A stretch of DNA of 64,000 nucleotides from the human T2T-CHM13v2.0 reference genome, Homo sapiens. The notes beneath the pieces were generated by a model that was not told the origin of the DNA, did no database searches, and saw only the letters and a list, made by a program, of their open reading frames with translations. How positions within the stretch are numbered: position 1 is the stretch's first letter; the number at the start of each line of letters is the position of its first letter. Positions 26,031 to 39,270 of this stretch are shown piece after piece. A program made the position numbers and the translations under genes. The DNA is taken from NCBI RefSeq assembly GCF_009914755.1, contig NC_060925.1. The stretch is one strand, 5' to 3'.

Positions 26031-26784
26031 CTGTTAGCTATTTTTTAAACTATTTTTCCACTTAGCAGTACCTCAACCAGAGTGGAGGTGGAGGAAGATA
26101 AAGCCCAAACTTGTAGAAAAGTTGGGCTGAATAAATACTTTTTGACACTAAATATCATTTAACCAGCTCAAACCAGTCAACCTAATTATGTTAGCTCCAG
26201 TTAAAGGTTTACTGAGGGAGGAGATTGAAGCTATTTGTAAAGTTAGGTTTATGTTTGTCTGTGGATTTCAATTATCCATGCTGTTTCTAGCCCCTCTTTC
26301 CAGTGAATAATCAAGAGTTGGATGAATCGCAAAGTATTGTTTTGGAGTACGACTTGGTTACTATCTGTCAGAAATGATAATTAGCATCAAAAAGCATTTA
26401 TTCAACCCAACTTTTGTACAAGGCACTGTACTAGCTCGTAGCAGTGGGGCATTTGGAAAAAGCAATGAATGGTATAGCAGCCTCTTACCAGATGCACATT
26501 TTCTTAGAAAAGGCAAGTAATGAGTACATAAGCCTATAACCTTCAACATAATGGGAGGAACGAGTACAAGTATTTTTTCCTCAATAATTAGATTCACATT
26601 CTTAAGAGTCTGGCTGAAGGCATCAGCAGACATATATCATCTCATCCAGTTATCCTAAAAGGGAAGTCTGAATGTTCAGTTTACACAAATGTGTTGACTT
26701 AGGTTTTGCAAATGAGGGACTTTTTTAAACATCTCATGCTATCTTCCACATTAGGCTCTGCTCTCCATCTTCCTTTGATTGCAG

Positions 26785-26985
26785 TGCAAAGACACTTAGC
26801 TCTGCCAATTACTATGTGATTCTAGGCAAGTCACTCAGTCTTTCTGAACTTCCTTCCCTTCCTCCATCTTTAAAATGGGGACGACAAAATCTACTCCACG
26901 GGGTTGTTAAGGGGAAGAAGAAAAGTCATTTTAGATATAAAATCATCTGGTAAAATGTAATGTGTTATACTAATATAAGATATTA
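26785..26985 (+). mobile_element. MIR fragment
   Basis: gctctgccaattactatgtgattctaggcaagtcactcag...catctttaaaatgggga. Confidence 0.7.
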
Positions 26986-29900
26986 TTGTTTTGTTAATCT
27001 GAAAATAATATTGAGGAACCTTTGTCTAGTGTTGACATCATTGAGCATTTGAATGACTTTGAGCTTTGAATAATTTTGTTGAAGTAACACATGGTCTGGT
27101 CTCAAAGACCAGTCAGTGATGGCCAGCTCATTGGAAAATCTCTGGTTTTTGAAGTAAAGCCAAGGGAGTACATAATACACTTCTACTTCAAAAACCCTTC
27201 CAATGGTAATCCTCCTTTGGAAGTAGTCACAAACTATTTTTCAAGATTGCTGAAATAAATGGTTCTTGGGCTTCAGAAAGAACTGATAGGCAAGTAGACA
27301 TGGTCGTCCTCTATTTACTTAGTGTAGAGTGCTACTAGTATCTGTTAAATCTATTAGAAGAAACATTTGCTTTTTACATGCATTTGCCCTTTTAAGGAAT
27401 ATAACAAAATTAAGAAGACATTGCTGAAATCGGTGTGTTAGTCTTCACAAATTGCTACCACCCCAAAGCTGGTTATTGTTTTCTCCTTTATAACCTAAGT
27501 TTCAGTGTTGCCCAACTCAAGGACTCTCCACTGATGAATATCCCAAGTAATTATTGCCTAGTATTTTGTATTAAATCATGCATTTTCTTTCATTTATTGT
27601 TATCACAATAAATCTTCTCAAGTACCCAATTTTTGTATCAAGTATATACAATTTCACAAACATAATTAGATTAAAGGCATTTTTAATTATTATTTCTTTC
27701 TAAACTTCTGCTCAATTCTGGTGATTTGTAATGGTAGGTTCATGCTGAATAACATCAGATATTGTGCTAAACTGTTTTTCATACATGCTTCCAAATATTT
27801 GTGGGTAGTTTCTACAACAGGTTCTAAGCACAGGGTCTTAGAGAGGAAAAAGTATCCTTAGTATCTCTCCTCAGCTAATGTAGCCAAGTACATTCCACAA
27901 CTCTCCCAATCAGTATGTTAAGCAGATGTGGTCTTTGTCCACCTAGTAAGTTGCGTTAGACCTTTCAACACACTGCAGTCTTTTTATCACTCAGCTGCCA
28001 AGTTCCCTAGGGTAATCATAGACAGCTTGTCAATTTAATTGCAAAGAAACAGGCTTTCTCGTGACCATTCCAATTTTAGCTGCTACTTCAAATTGTACAT
28101 GATAGTTCTTCCATGCTGTCTGCCCTTTAAAGAGTGTGGACCTCTGCAAGCCTCTTAATGGTGATGGGAAGAAGAGGCAAGGCTGAAATTTTGGCTTACT
28201 GATAAAGCCTATAACATGCCTTTTATTAAGTTGCTGCTTTAGGAAAAGAAGCTTTTTCTCAAGCTCTGTATGTTGTCATTACATAGCCAAAGCTAAATTA
28301 TTTTTTTCTTTTAAATGTTCCACTTTCATGCACATTTTCCTCCTTTCTGGGTGATAGAGGATTCTTAGGCCATCTGGATTCTGAAACATCTGGACACTGA
28401 ATTTCTGCAGAGAATTGGAAGGAAGAGACAATCAGTGGTACAGGGTGTCTCCAGAGAGATTTAAATCAATGATGATATTTTGGTTGTGTCCCTTTTGGAA
28501 AGTTAACACAAAAAGTGAAAGGAAAAAACAACACATTACGTGAACTCAGTGTTCTAGGAATACCAAGAGTACACTGCATAAGAAGGTTGGACTTTTAGAT
28601 ATGAATATAGATCAGTAACTAAATACATGTTTATGTTAGATATCATTCCTAGAATCTCCGCCTATTTTTTCAATTGTTATGGAATTTGGATTTAATTTAT
28701 TTAGACATACTTTTAATAGTTCTAGATTTCGATGGTGCATCATTTGAACATACTTATTTTACCTTAAACTGAGTATAATTCAGTTCACTTTTATTAAGCA
28801 TCTATGACTTGAAACTCATAAAACTATCATATTAAAAATGTCATATTCAACTAAATAGAAAGATTAGACACAGATACCACTTGGTAAACCAAGAAGAGTT
28901 ACTTTCAAAGATGTGCAGAAGAAAATAAGTGCAAAAGGGATAAACCATATTTCCCAGGACAGCTGGAGTTGTGAGCTTCTGGACCCAGAAATCAAAGATC
29001 CAAGATGATAACATGAGTGAGAGTGAGACCCAGTGTGTCTTACTGGGACTTTATAGAGTGCTCCCCTACAAGCTGAGCTTCGTGTGTGTGTGTATGTGTT
29101 CACACGCGTGCATAAAGACCTACAAAGAGGCTGCTCTGGCAATGTGCAGGGGACCACCTCTTCTAGCCCATCAATCTCAGTAGTATACCATGTATAATAT
29201 GACTACACAGTTCAGTACAGTCTGGTGAGGCATGAGTACAGTGCTTATTTATCACCCTCAGCCTTTCCCTGCTAATACAGCCTGGTCCAGTCTTCCCTGA
29301 ACTTAAAGCTGCAGAACCAGAACAAGGGTCGATTGCCCAGATTGCCCAGTGAGCACAGCCCTTAGTCCAGTCTTAAAGCTTCTCCTTTAAGTCCACAAAG
29401 GTACTAGACTTACCATGCAGACAGCTGGGAGGAAATGTTTAGATCATGTGATTTTATTTTCTCATGTTATTGAAAAAAATTATTGTTTCCTTTCACTGTA
29501 TTTTCTCTGTTAAATATTTGAGCTCTTAATTAATAGATTTTCTTTCCTGAAAAAAATTAAAATTGTCACAGAGTACACTTAAAGAGATGTGAGTTTGAAG
29601 CAACTAACCTTGGGTACTTTTCATGCGGTTTTCCTGAAGTATGTGAGCTTCTTCTACATATTAAAAAAAAAAATCTTCAGTGAAAGTTGATTTCTAGGAA
29701 ACCAGAACAGTTCAAAAGATTAAAAAATCCAACAGCAAAATTTTATGTAGCAACTATTTTTTTTTAAATCAGACATACCCACATTTAAATAAAGTAACTG
29801 AAATAAGGGACTATAGACTTATTCTCCGGTTTCTGCCAATTCATTGTGTCCTTAATTTCCTCTAACTGCATCTTCACTGAGCACCACAATGAAGTACAAT

Positions 29901-30344
29901 ATTAGATGTTCACTTGTATGATATCACTCTTCTATGAAGAGAATGAATAAAAAATGAAGTTCTTAGCTGTGATCTATTTCAGATTAGCCATTTTCATTTA
30001 TAAAATTGTTTATTTTACTTTGTCAGCTTGAAGGTCAATCTAACTTTAAATTGCATATTGCAGAATTTCAACAAAGATCTGAGACCCATCTCTGCTTTCT
30101 TTAAGACTAAAGGTGAAAAGCTGATTCTTAACCGGAATATTAGGCAGAGCTTTATGAAATGGACCAGATCAGATTGATATAAGACTTGCAAAGGCACTTC
30201 ACTTTGAAACCAAAACATCAGGGCCTAGCCAGGACTACAGATGGCATCAGAATTAGCAAATATTAGCTATGTACATTAACCCAGGGCAAACTATGAGAGC
30301 AAGTTCAAGGGAATACTTGCTGCATGCTAAGGAAAGAATAAACA

Positions 30345-30600
30345 ATAACAATCATAATAGATACCATTTTTTCTATACTTACTGTGTAATAGGCACTATT
30401 CTAAGCATTTTAAATAGATTATCTGACTATATCTCCACAATAGCTCTTTGAGGTAGGTATATTGTATCATATTTTACAGATGAAGAAGGTGAAGGATCAG
30501 GAGGTTAAGAATCTTGGCCAAGATCACACAGCAAGTACATGATGGAGCAAGGATTTAAAGCCAGGCAGAAAGACTCCAAAGTCCATATTCTGAATGATGA
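30345..30600 (-). mobile_element. MIR SINE
   Basis: cttactgtgtaataggcactattctaagc...attttacagatgaagaa...ggttaag...gatcacacagc. Confidence 0.85.
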
Positions 30601-31934
30601 GGCTATGTGCATATGCAGTGAGACAGATACTAGGAAAGTCACTACTCAGTATGCTCAAGTATTGACATACATTAAAAAAGAAACAGCCCCTAAGTAGCAC
30701 ACTTGCATCATCACACCTTACTATAATTATGTAGTTCAAACCTGCCCCACTTAATTGTAAATTTCACATAGGTGGAGACCATGTCTGTTTTGTTCAGGAC
30801 CATAATGCAAGTGCATGGCACATTACTTGTCACACGGTAGCTTTTTGATTAATATTTATTGAAAGTGAGGGACTGTCTATTCCTTACAGTGGCTTTAAAT
30901 AAGGCCACAGATTCTAGTAAAAAGGACATGGGATTTGGACACGAATAACTTAGGTTCTATCTTAATACTGATACTGCAACGTTCTAGTTCTGTGGTCTTA
31001 GCCAAGCCACTAAACCTCTGGAGTCTCTATTGTATCATCTGATCAGTAAACACAAAGAAGACCAACACATTCCTTCAAAAAGTTTTGGGTGCCACACAAA
31101 TTAGCATTGTTATAGGTTCTTCTATTTGATGATAAAATACCTAAAAAGATAAATACAAATGAAGAGGCCAAATCTTTTTTTGTAGATTTGGAGGACAGGA
31201 ACACAGAATAGGAAGTCACAAATGCTAAATGCTCATTTCATTGAAAAGGCCCTGTGTCCTCAAGCTTAGCCTGAATAGGCCTGGTTGGTTTTCTTGTTAC
31301 GTGTCTTTCTTGTGCTGAAAGAAACTACAGGCTGAGTATGCCTCTGGGATTAAAGTATTTTTTAACTTATTCAGGTCATCAAGCCTTCTGCCCCCTAACA
31401 CATTCTGGCTATTTAAAAATTTTAAAATGTACCCCAAATTCTTTGCCTAGAACTTAACTCCCTAAAGGCTTCTTATAATTTTACTAAAGTAGATCTCAAC
31501 ATTCCAACCATGCTTCCTGAAGATACAGCCTCCTCTTAGGTTGGTTTATTTGGGAAGCAGTCTTTTGTCTCTAGTAAGGAAACACATTTTCTTTTTCTGA
31601 AAGGACCAAACTCAGAAACTACTGAGAGATAAAATCATAGATGCCCTATTTCATATGGAGTGAACCCAGATTTATCTTTTCCTTGATGGGAATTTTAGTA
31701 ATACCCACAGAATATATAGCTTTCCTAAATCAGTCAGTTATGAAAAAGAAGTATGTCTGTATTTGGCAGGTAAATTTTAAAACGTTGTTATAATCCCTTC
31801 AAAAGTGGAGTTACTTATTAAAATAATTTTATCATTTTAACCCTACCTTACATAATTAGCAGTCCATTCAGCTCTAGTTGAAACCCATAACTTTTAAAAT
31901 ATTTTTTTAAACTGCTCTATAACAAAAATAATGA

Positions 31935-32244
31935 GGCCAGGCACGGTGGCTCACACCTGTAATCCCAGCACTCTGGGAGGCCAAGGCAGGTAGATCACCT
32001 GAGGTCAGGAGTTCAAGACCAGCCTGGCCAACATGGTAAAACCCCATCTCCACTAAAAATACAGAAATTAGCTGGGTGTGGGAGCGGGTGCCAGTAATCC
32101 CAGCTACTCAAAAAACTAAGGCAGAAGAATCATTTGAACCCAGGAGGCGGAGGTTGCAGTCAGCCAAGATCGCGCCATTGCACTCCAACCTGCATGACAA
32201 GAGTGAAACTCCATCTCAAAAAATAATAATAATAATAATAATGA
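31935..32244 (+). mobile_element. Alu (AluSq/Sx-like) with (AAT)n tail
   Basis: Full dimer ggccaggcacggtggctcac...actccatctcaaaaa; flanking aataatga duplicated. Confidence 0.95.
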
Positions 32245-32356
32245 ACAATTATTTGTTCTTAAGTATAATAATAACTGACATTTTTATGATCATAGCATTG
32301 TTAAATTATTAAAACAGTTTTTTTGGTTGAAAACACATCTTAAAAGGTAACCTGTC

Positions 32357-32834
32357 TAGGGATTCTTAACTTGGGGTTCATGCATAACATTTTTAAAGTC
32401 TTCAAATTTGGATAAAAACAAAAATTGTGCTTTCATTTTAGTAACTTCTAACTAAAATTTTGCATTTTCTTCCATTATGAATGTTAAGAATCAATCACAA
32501 TAGTATTAGCAATACCTGTAATTTGTCACCAATAAAAATCACAGACATTTTCAAATTCTATTACAGTTACTACAAATATTTCAAAATATCAGTTTTATCC
32601 ATCATTATATCAAAATTATGGTGGTTATTAGAGAAACCACTAGAGCATGTTATTTAATGTATTAATAATAAAGAAACACATCTGTTTCTGTATCACAGTG
32701 TTTTAACAATTTGCCAACTGCTTTTACATATAATTAGTTTTCTTCATAATCCTATGTAATGTATATGTTTGTAAACTTTATTCTGGGAGGGACTCCACAA
32801 GTTTTTTGGCACCAAAAAACATTATGAACTCCTG
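32357..32834. mobile_element. hAT-Charlie (Charlie4-like) DNA transposon relic
   Basis: Ends tagggattcttaac... and ...attatgaactcctg resemble Charlie TIRs; internal gtattagcaatacctgtaatttgtcaccaata. Confidence 0.7.
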
Positions 32835-32851
32835 TTTTAAAACTTATAGTA

Positions 32852-33228
32852 TGGTATGGACTGAATCATCTCCCCTCAAAAAACAATGTTTATGTTGAAG
32901 CCCTAACCCCCAATGTGATTGTTTTGGAGATAGGGCCTTTGAAGAAGAAATCGAGGTTAAATGAGATCATAAGCCCATGAAGCCCTGAATCAATAGGATT
33001 AGTGTCCTTACAAGAAGAGAAGCCTGAGACCTCACTCCCTCTCTCTGCCATGTCAGGACACAGGGCAAGGGCCATTGTCTGCAAACCAGGCAGACAGCCC
33101 TCACCAGAACCTAACCATGGGCACCCTGATCTTGGACTTCCAGCCTCCAAAACTCTGAGAAATAATTTTCTGTTGTTTAAGCCACCCAGTGTATGGTACT
33201 TTGTTATGACAGCCTAAGCTGATGGATA
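32852..33228 (+). mobile_element. MaLR solo LTR (MLT1A0-like)
   Basis: atggactgaat...gttgaagccctaacccccaatgtga...ttctgttgtttaagccacccagt. Confidence 0.88.
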
Positions 33229-33244
33229 TCAAAATAATACTAGC

Positions 33245-33249
33245 TTTTT

Positions 33250-33301
<52 letters not shown>

Positions 33302-33328
33302 TTTTTGTTTTTGTTTTTGTCTCTTTTT
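33245..33328. repeat. (TTTC)n/(TTTTTG)n simple repeat; decayed A-tail of the 7SL retrocopy
   Basis: Directly visible; adjoins the 7SL 3' end. Confidence 0.92.
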
Positions 33329-33606
33329 AAAGACAGGGTTCTGACTATGTTGCTGAGGCTGGAGTGCAGTGGCTGTTCACAGATGCAATCCCACTACGAA
33401 TCAGTGCAGGAGTTTTCACCTGCACCATTTCCAACCTGAGCCGGTTCACCCCTCCTTGGGCAACCCGGTGGTCCCCTGCTCTCAGGTGGTCACCATATTG
33501 ATGTCAAACTTAGTGCGGACACCCAATTGGAATAGCACACTACATCCTAGAACTCCTGGGCTCAAGCAATCCTCCCTCCTCAGCCAACTGAATTGCTGGG
33601 GCTGCA
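33329..33606 (-). pseudogene. RN7SL: 7SL (SRP) RNA processed pseudogene
   Basis: Carries the S-domain that Alu lacks (ccggttcacccctcctt.ggcaacc.ggtggtccc...ggtcaccatattgatg...aacttagtgcggacaccc) between the two Alu-domain halves; many substitutions; 5' end degraded; tail present. Confidence 0.95.
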
Positions 33607-35629
33607 CTTGCTGGCTACCTTTTTCCTTTTTGAAGGCTCTCTTGCTTCTCCCTTTAGTCGTAAATGTGGGTGCTATTGGACAATTTACTCTACTTCTTCA
33701 GTATTTAAGACCTGGAACCACTTTGAAGCCCAAAGTCTTGTAAGTTGTTATGTAAATAAATATCATAAAAAGCAACTAACCTATTAGAAAAGAATACAGA
33801 ACATTTTAAATACAGTTGTCCTTTGTCTGAGACTTAAGTGACAATTGCTGCAACTGCTTTCAGATTCTACTTCTGTCAGCAACATTGTTTTCTTTTACAA
33901 GTCCTCTGTGATCCAACTGCTTTATAAGATACTCAACAACTCCAGGTATACACAGTGATTTTGCAGGCCCCTACCCCACAGGGGACACCATGATTTACCC
34001 AATTAGGCAGCTGAGTGTCCCGATCGCAGGTGGCTAGTGGTGAAAGGGATTTTTGTGAGGGACCCATATTCCTACATCAACACTTATAACCTACTTCAGG
34101 AAGCACACCATACCATTTCTGGTTAACCTTAAAACAATCACATTAAAATAAAGAGGACTGTCAGTAGAGCAATTTTATAAATAGCTAAAATTAAACAGAG
34201 CAAGACTGGCGATGCTAATGCATAAGCAAAGAACTGACTTCCTGCATTTCATCGAGAATTCCCGATAGCAAACTGCAGTATGTTTATTATACATTAATTC
34301 AACACAGCATTCAAAATGAATTTATGCCCTGGCTGAAGGGTGCTATATTGAAACTAAATATTATTTATTATCTTAATATTAGTAACCATACTAAAAAAAA
34401 TCATGTTAACAATTCAGTGTTCAAAAAGCTAAGAATACCATAGCTCTACTTACCAACCAACTGCTCTTGCCTTAATTTATGCAAGTGTAGCCTATAGCTA
34501 AAAGCTTTGTATATTTGTTTCCCCATGGTATTAGTGCTCAAAAATAGGTCACTCTTTCAAGGGCACCTTATAAACACAGAACTATAATTTATTTGGCAAA
34601 TTAAAGCTCATATAAAATGTGCACACTGAGGTACAGATTAACATATTTAATTTCAATATTACCTGCAAACCTATTTTTTCCCATACACTGTTCTAATTAG
34701 TCATATAAAATCGAGTCTGTGTATTATAAGCAATTATTTTAGTGGAAGTAGAAACTGAATCTGAATTAAATATACTGTAAAAAGATAACATTTTTATGGA
34801 AAATAATATATCCATTTGTATCTAGAAAACTGTTCTAGTTAAATAGCGCGAGAATGTTGAGCATTCAAAAACCTGATTGCGGTAAAAGTTGAGATTTTTG
34901 TGATTTAATAACAGAATAATACGCAATCATGGTAATATACTAATATTTATATTTTGATGATAGTTCCAGGTTTCCAAATCCCTAGTAACCATTATATTCT
35001 CTTTATGCAGTGGTATTTTTCCTATTATGAATATTCACTCCCCCTACAGTTGAATATGCAAATTGTTTGTGAATATTTTATTTAGCAAATGATTCTTTTC
35101 CTATTAAACCTGTACTGGGAAGTAAAGTGGTGTAGACAGCAAGCTTGCATAGCATTAGAATAGTTATAAATAGGCATTGATGAAAGATTATGCCCGAAAG
35201 TAAATCAAAACTATCACTTTAGTGGCAGGATTGTTAGGCTTTCTGAAAGTTGCCATAAACTGACATAAAGGCTTCACCACTTAAGAAGATTTTTGAAAAG
35301 GTCAAAATTAAATTGAAACCACTGGACTGGGGATGATCAACACCTGGGACCATATGGTCCTCATTCTTAGATCTCAGCTCAAATGTATCCTCACCAGATA
35401 AACCTGCACTGACCCCGCATTCCCATGTGGTTTCCCTACTCCAGCCCAACCCAGGACTTCTACATCCGCTTGTGTGGTACTTTTACAGGACAAATCAAAT
35501 TTGTTTATTTCCTCATTCATTATTTTTCCCCACTAGAGTAAACTCCATGAGGGCAGGGATCAGTCAAGCATTGAGCACTGTTCCTGGCACAAGCGGGGAG
35601 AGCTCAATTACCATTTTTGAATGAATGAG

Positions 35630-35987
35630 TGTCTTTGTCTGTTTGGACTGCTATAACAAAATACCATAAATTGGTTGGCTTATAGACAACAGAAGTGTAT
35701 CTCTCACAGTTCTAGAGGCTGGTAAGTCCCAGATCAAGGTGCTGGCAGACTCAGTGTCTGTTGAAGACCCACTTTCTTTCATATATGGTGCCTTATCACT
35801 GTCCTTACATAGTGGAAGAGTCAAACAAGCTCCCTTGGGTTTCATAGGGGCACTAATCCCATTCATGAAATCTCCGCTTTCATGACTAATCACCTCTCAA
35901 AGGCCCCACCTCCTAATGCCATCACCTTGAGGGTTAGGATTTCCACATATGAATTTTAGGGGGACACAAAACATTTAGGCTATAGCA
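35630..35987 (-). mobile_element. MaLR solo LTR (MLT1A/MST-like)
   Basis: ctgctataacaaaataccata...ctcacagttctagaggctgg...atgaattttagggggacaca. Confidence 0.88.
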
Positions 35988-36197
35988 ATAAGCTACTGTG
36001 CATTTTCTTCAAGATGTTTCTAGAGGATTATTTTGTATTTTGTTGTCAAGAAATCTCAGACTTCTTAAGAGATTTTCAAATATTCCCTTTGATTCAGAAT
36101 TAGCTGTCCATTATATTCACAAAAACATGTCCATCCCTGTTTCATGTACCCTCTCAAGAAGGTAAGAATCTGTCTCACATATTTAAATGCATAGTGT

Positions 36198-36485
<288 letters not shown>

Positions 36486-36671
36486 TAAATGCATAGTGTA
36501 TAAGGAAAGCCCATGGATCTTCATGAATGATACACTACTGCTTTTATGGCTATCTCTCATCATCCCAAGTCATTCTTCCTGCAAAATACTGCAAACCTGC
36601 AGATATCACTTCTCCTACCTCTCATATACACTGCTCTCCCACACTTCTGGAAAGTTTTTCTAGTTTGGGGC

Positions 36672-37058
36672 TGTTATAGGCTGAATTGTGCTCCCCAAAA
36701 ATTTATGTGTTGAAGTCCTCTAACCCTCAGTACCTCACAATGTGACTCTATTTGGAAATAGAGTCTTTGAAAAGGTAATTAAGTTAAAATGAGGTCACTA
36801 GTGTGGGCCCTAATGCAATATGACTGGCTCCTTATAAGAAGAGGAGATGAGGACACAGACACATAGAAAGAGAAGACCATGTGAAGACTCAGGGAGAAGG
36901 CAGCCATCTGCAAGGCAAAGAGAGGAGCCCCAGAAGAAGCCAACCCTGCTGACCCCTTGACCTCAGTGTTCTACCTGGCAGGATTGTGAGAAAATTACTG
37001 TTGTTTAAGCCACAGAGTCTGTGGTACTTTGTTATGGCATCCCTAGAAGACCAACACA
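36672..37058 (+). mobile_element. MaLR solo LTR (MLT1B-like)
   Basis: tgttataggctgaattgtg...gaagaccatgtgaagac...gtggtactttgttatggca...aacaca. Confidence 0.88.
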
Positions 37059-37769
37059 GTGGCAGTTATAACTAATAAGTCAACCTGCAAAACACACTAA
37101 GTCACCATAGTTGTTTGTCTTAGGCATTGTCAACCTTTGGTCTGTCCAGCCTCCAAAGACCTTCAGAAAAGGTAAGCCCACGAAATCCATTCTAATACCT
37201 TATAATGTCAAAAAATTCTTCCTCCTACCCCTCCTAAATCCTAAATCCTCCTACTAAGGAGTCTTTTTCTCTTGGATTCTCGGGGTAGATAGGGAACAGC
37301 TTGTCACCACTCATTAACTATGACCTGTTCTAACATTTCAACACAGGACAAACAGGACCAGCCACCTGGTCTTTTCCTTATCACCCATTATTTTACATGC
37401 CTGGTTCTATTCTTTTATCCAATTTTAAAAAGGCTTTCACAACTCTCAATATGAGGATTACACCATACTTGGTTTCTATTATCCTCTTCAGCCTTTTGTG
37501 TTTCTTTCATATTTTTAAAAATAAAATGACTGTAATATTAACTATTACTCACAGTTCTACCTTGTTTTGATTGAAATCATTGATACCTCATAAGCCCACT
37601 TTGCAACTTTGCCATTCATCCTGCTTTTTCCCACATCTTTAACATAAATTTGCAGCAGAAACTTCCATTACACTGTCCTTGAAACACTTTATTATCAAGT
37701 TCTTTCCAGAGAAAGGATTTTAATTCATTGCTTTATAGTCTTTTTCTTCTTAGCATTTTGAAAGGCTTC

Positions 37770-39270
37770 ACAGAGTTCAAAATCCTCACATGGCCATTGC
37801 TTGATCTGGCCCTACCTTTCTCTTCAACTTCATGCCACATCACCCTCCTCCTGGCACACAAAGTTCTTGCCACACTTACCCGCACTGTGTTCATCAAACA
37901 CACCCCATCCTGCCCTAGGTAATTTGCTCATGCTACCTCTCTGCCCTCTCTCTCCTTCACTCAACCTCTCTCCTCCCTTTTTCAGGCTAACTCTTCCTAT
38001 GTATCCTTGAAAGAGCCATGTCCTATGAGAGGCTCACCTTGAGCCTCTTTTACCCTATACCTCCATGAGGTTTTCCTTTATAGCATTTTGTCACAATTGC
38101 AATTACACGTTTATTTCTGTATGTGTGTGTTTAACATCTGCGGCATGAAGAGACCTTGAATCCTTGGTCCTTTTGTTCCCTCCATGCTTAATCCCTTGGC
38201 AGTTTCATCGGTCTTTGGACTTTAGATATCATCAACATGCTGACAATTCTCAGATGCACATAGCTACTCCAGACTTCTCTCCCAAACTTCAGGTTCATAC
38301 GTCTAACTGCCTGCTTGACAGTTGACCTCGATATACATATAGAACTATCAAACTTCACATGTCCACCTCTAAACTCCTGACCTTCCCCTGCCAAGCCTGC
38401 TCTACCTGCAGCCTTCCCTCATTTCAATTGATGGCACCTCCATTCTTCCAAGTGCTCAGGAAACCAAAAAACCTCAGAGTCCCCCACATGTCTTTCTCTC
38501 ATACCTTAAACCAATCTCTCAGGAAGTTCTGTTGGCTCTGCCTTCAAAATAAGTTAAAATGTGGCCATTTCTCACTATTTCCCCTGCCCCTTCCTGTTCT
38601 AAGCCACCGTCACCCCTCTCCTGGATTACTGCCTTGGTCTCCTGACTGGGCTCCCGGCTACCCCTGCCCTTTGCACTCATCTTGACACAGCAGCTGGGTG
38701 TGACTTTTAAAACCTAAGTGAGGTTTTAAAACCCACTTAGGTTGCATCACTCCTCTGCTCAAAATCCTGCAGTGGCTCCCATTTCCCTTTGAGGAAAGAG
38801 CAAAAACCTTACAATGGCACACATTACCTGTCCAACCTTACCTCTTCCCTCTGCTCCACCTGCACCAGCCACCTTGCATTTCCTTAAATTGCCAGCCACG
38901 CTCATTGCTTGAGACTTTGCACTGGCTGTTTCCTCATCTGAGAATGCTCTTCACCCAGACATCCCCATGATTAAGTCTTCAACTTCTTCAAAGCTTTGCT
39001 CAAAAGTCAGCTTCTCAATGAAGCCAACACCAAGTGTTCTATTTATGATAATATTCCATCCAGCAATGCTCCCCATTCCATATCCCCCTCACTCCATTCT
39101 ACTTATTTTTCTATAGTAATTATCACCTTCTAATGTCCTATATAATTTTTACCTTTTTTACATTATTATTTATTATCTGTACTCCCCACTAGAGTGTCAT
39201 CTTTATGAGGCCATTGATATATCTGAAGTAGCTGAAATATAACAGACTCCCAGCTATTTGTGAAATGAAC
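37770..39270 (+). mobile_element. L2 LINE fragments
   Basis: ccagacttctctcccaaacttcag...aactgcctgcttgaca; ggctctgccttcaaaat; cactcctctgctcaaaatcctgcagtggctccca; ends with ccccactagagtgt. Confidence 0.85.

Noticed and set aside
33329-33606. Functional 7SL gene
   Set aside because: Many substitutions, degraded 5' end and a retroposition tail.
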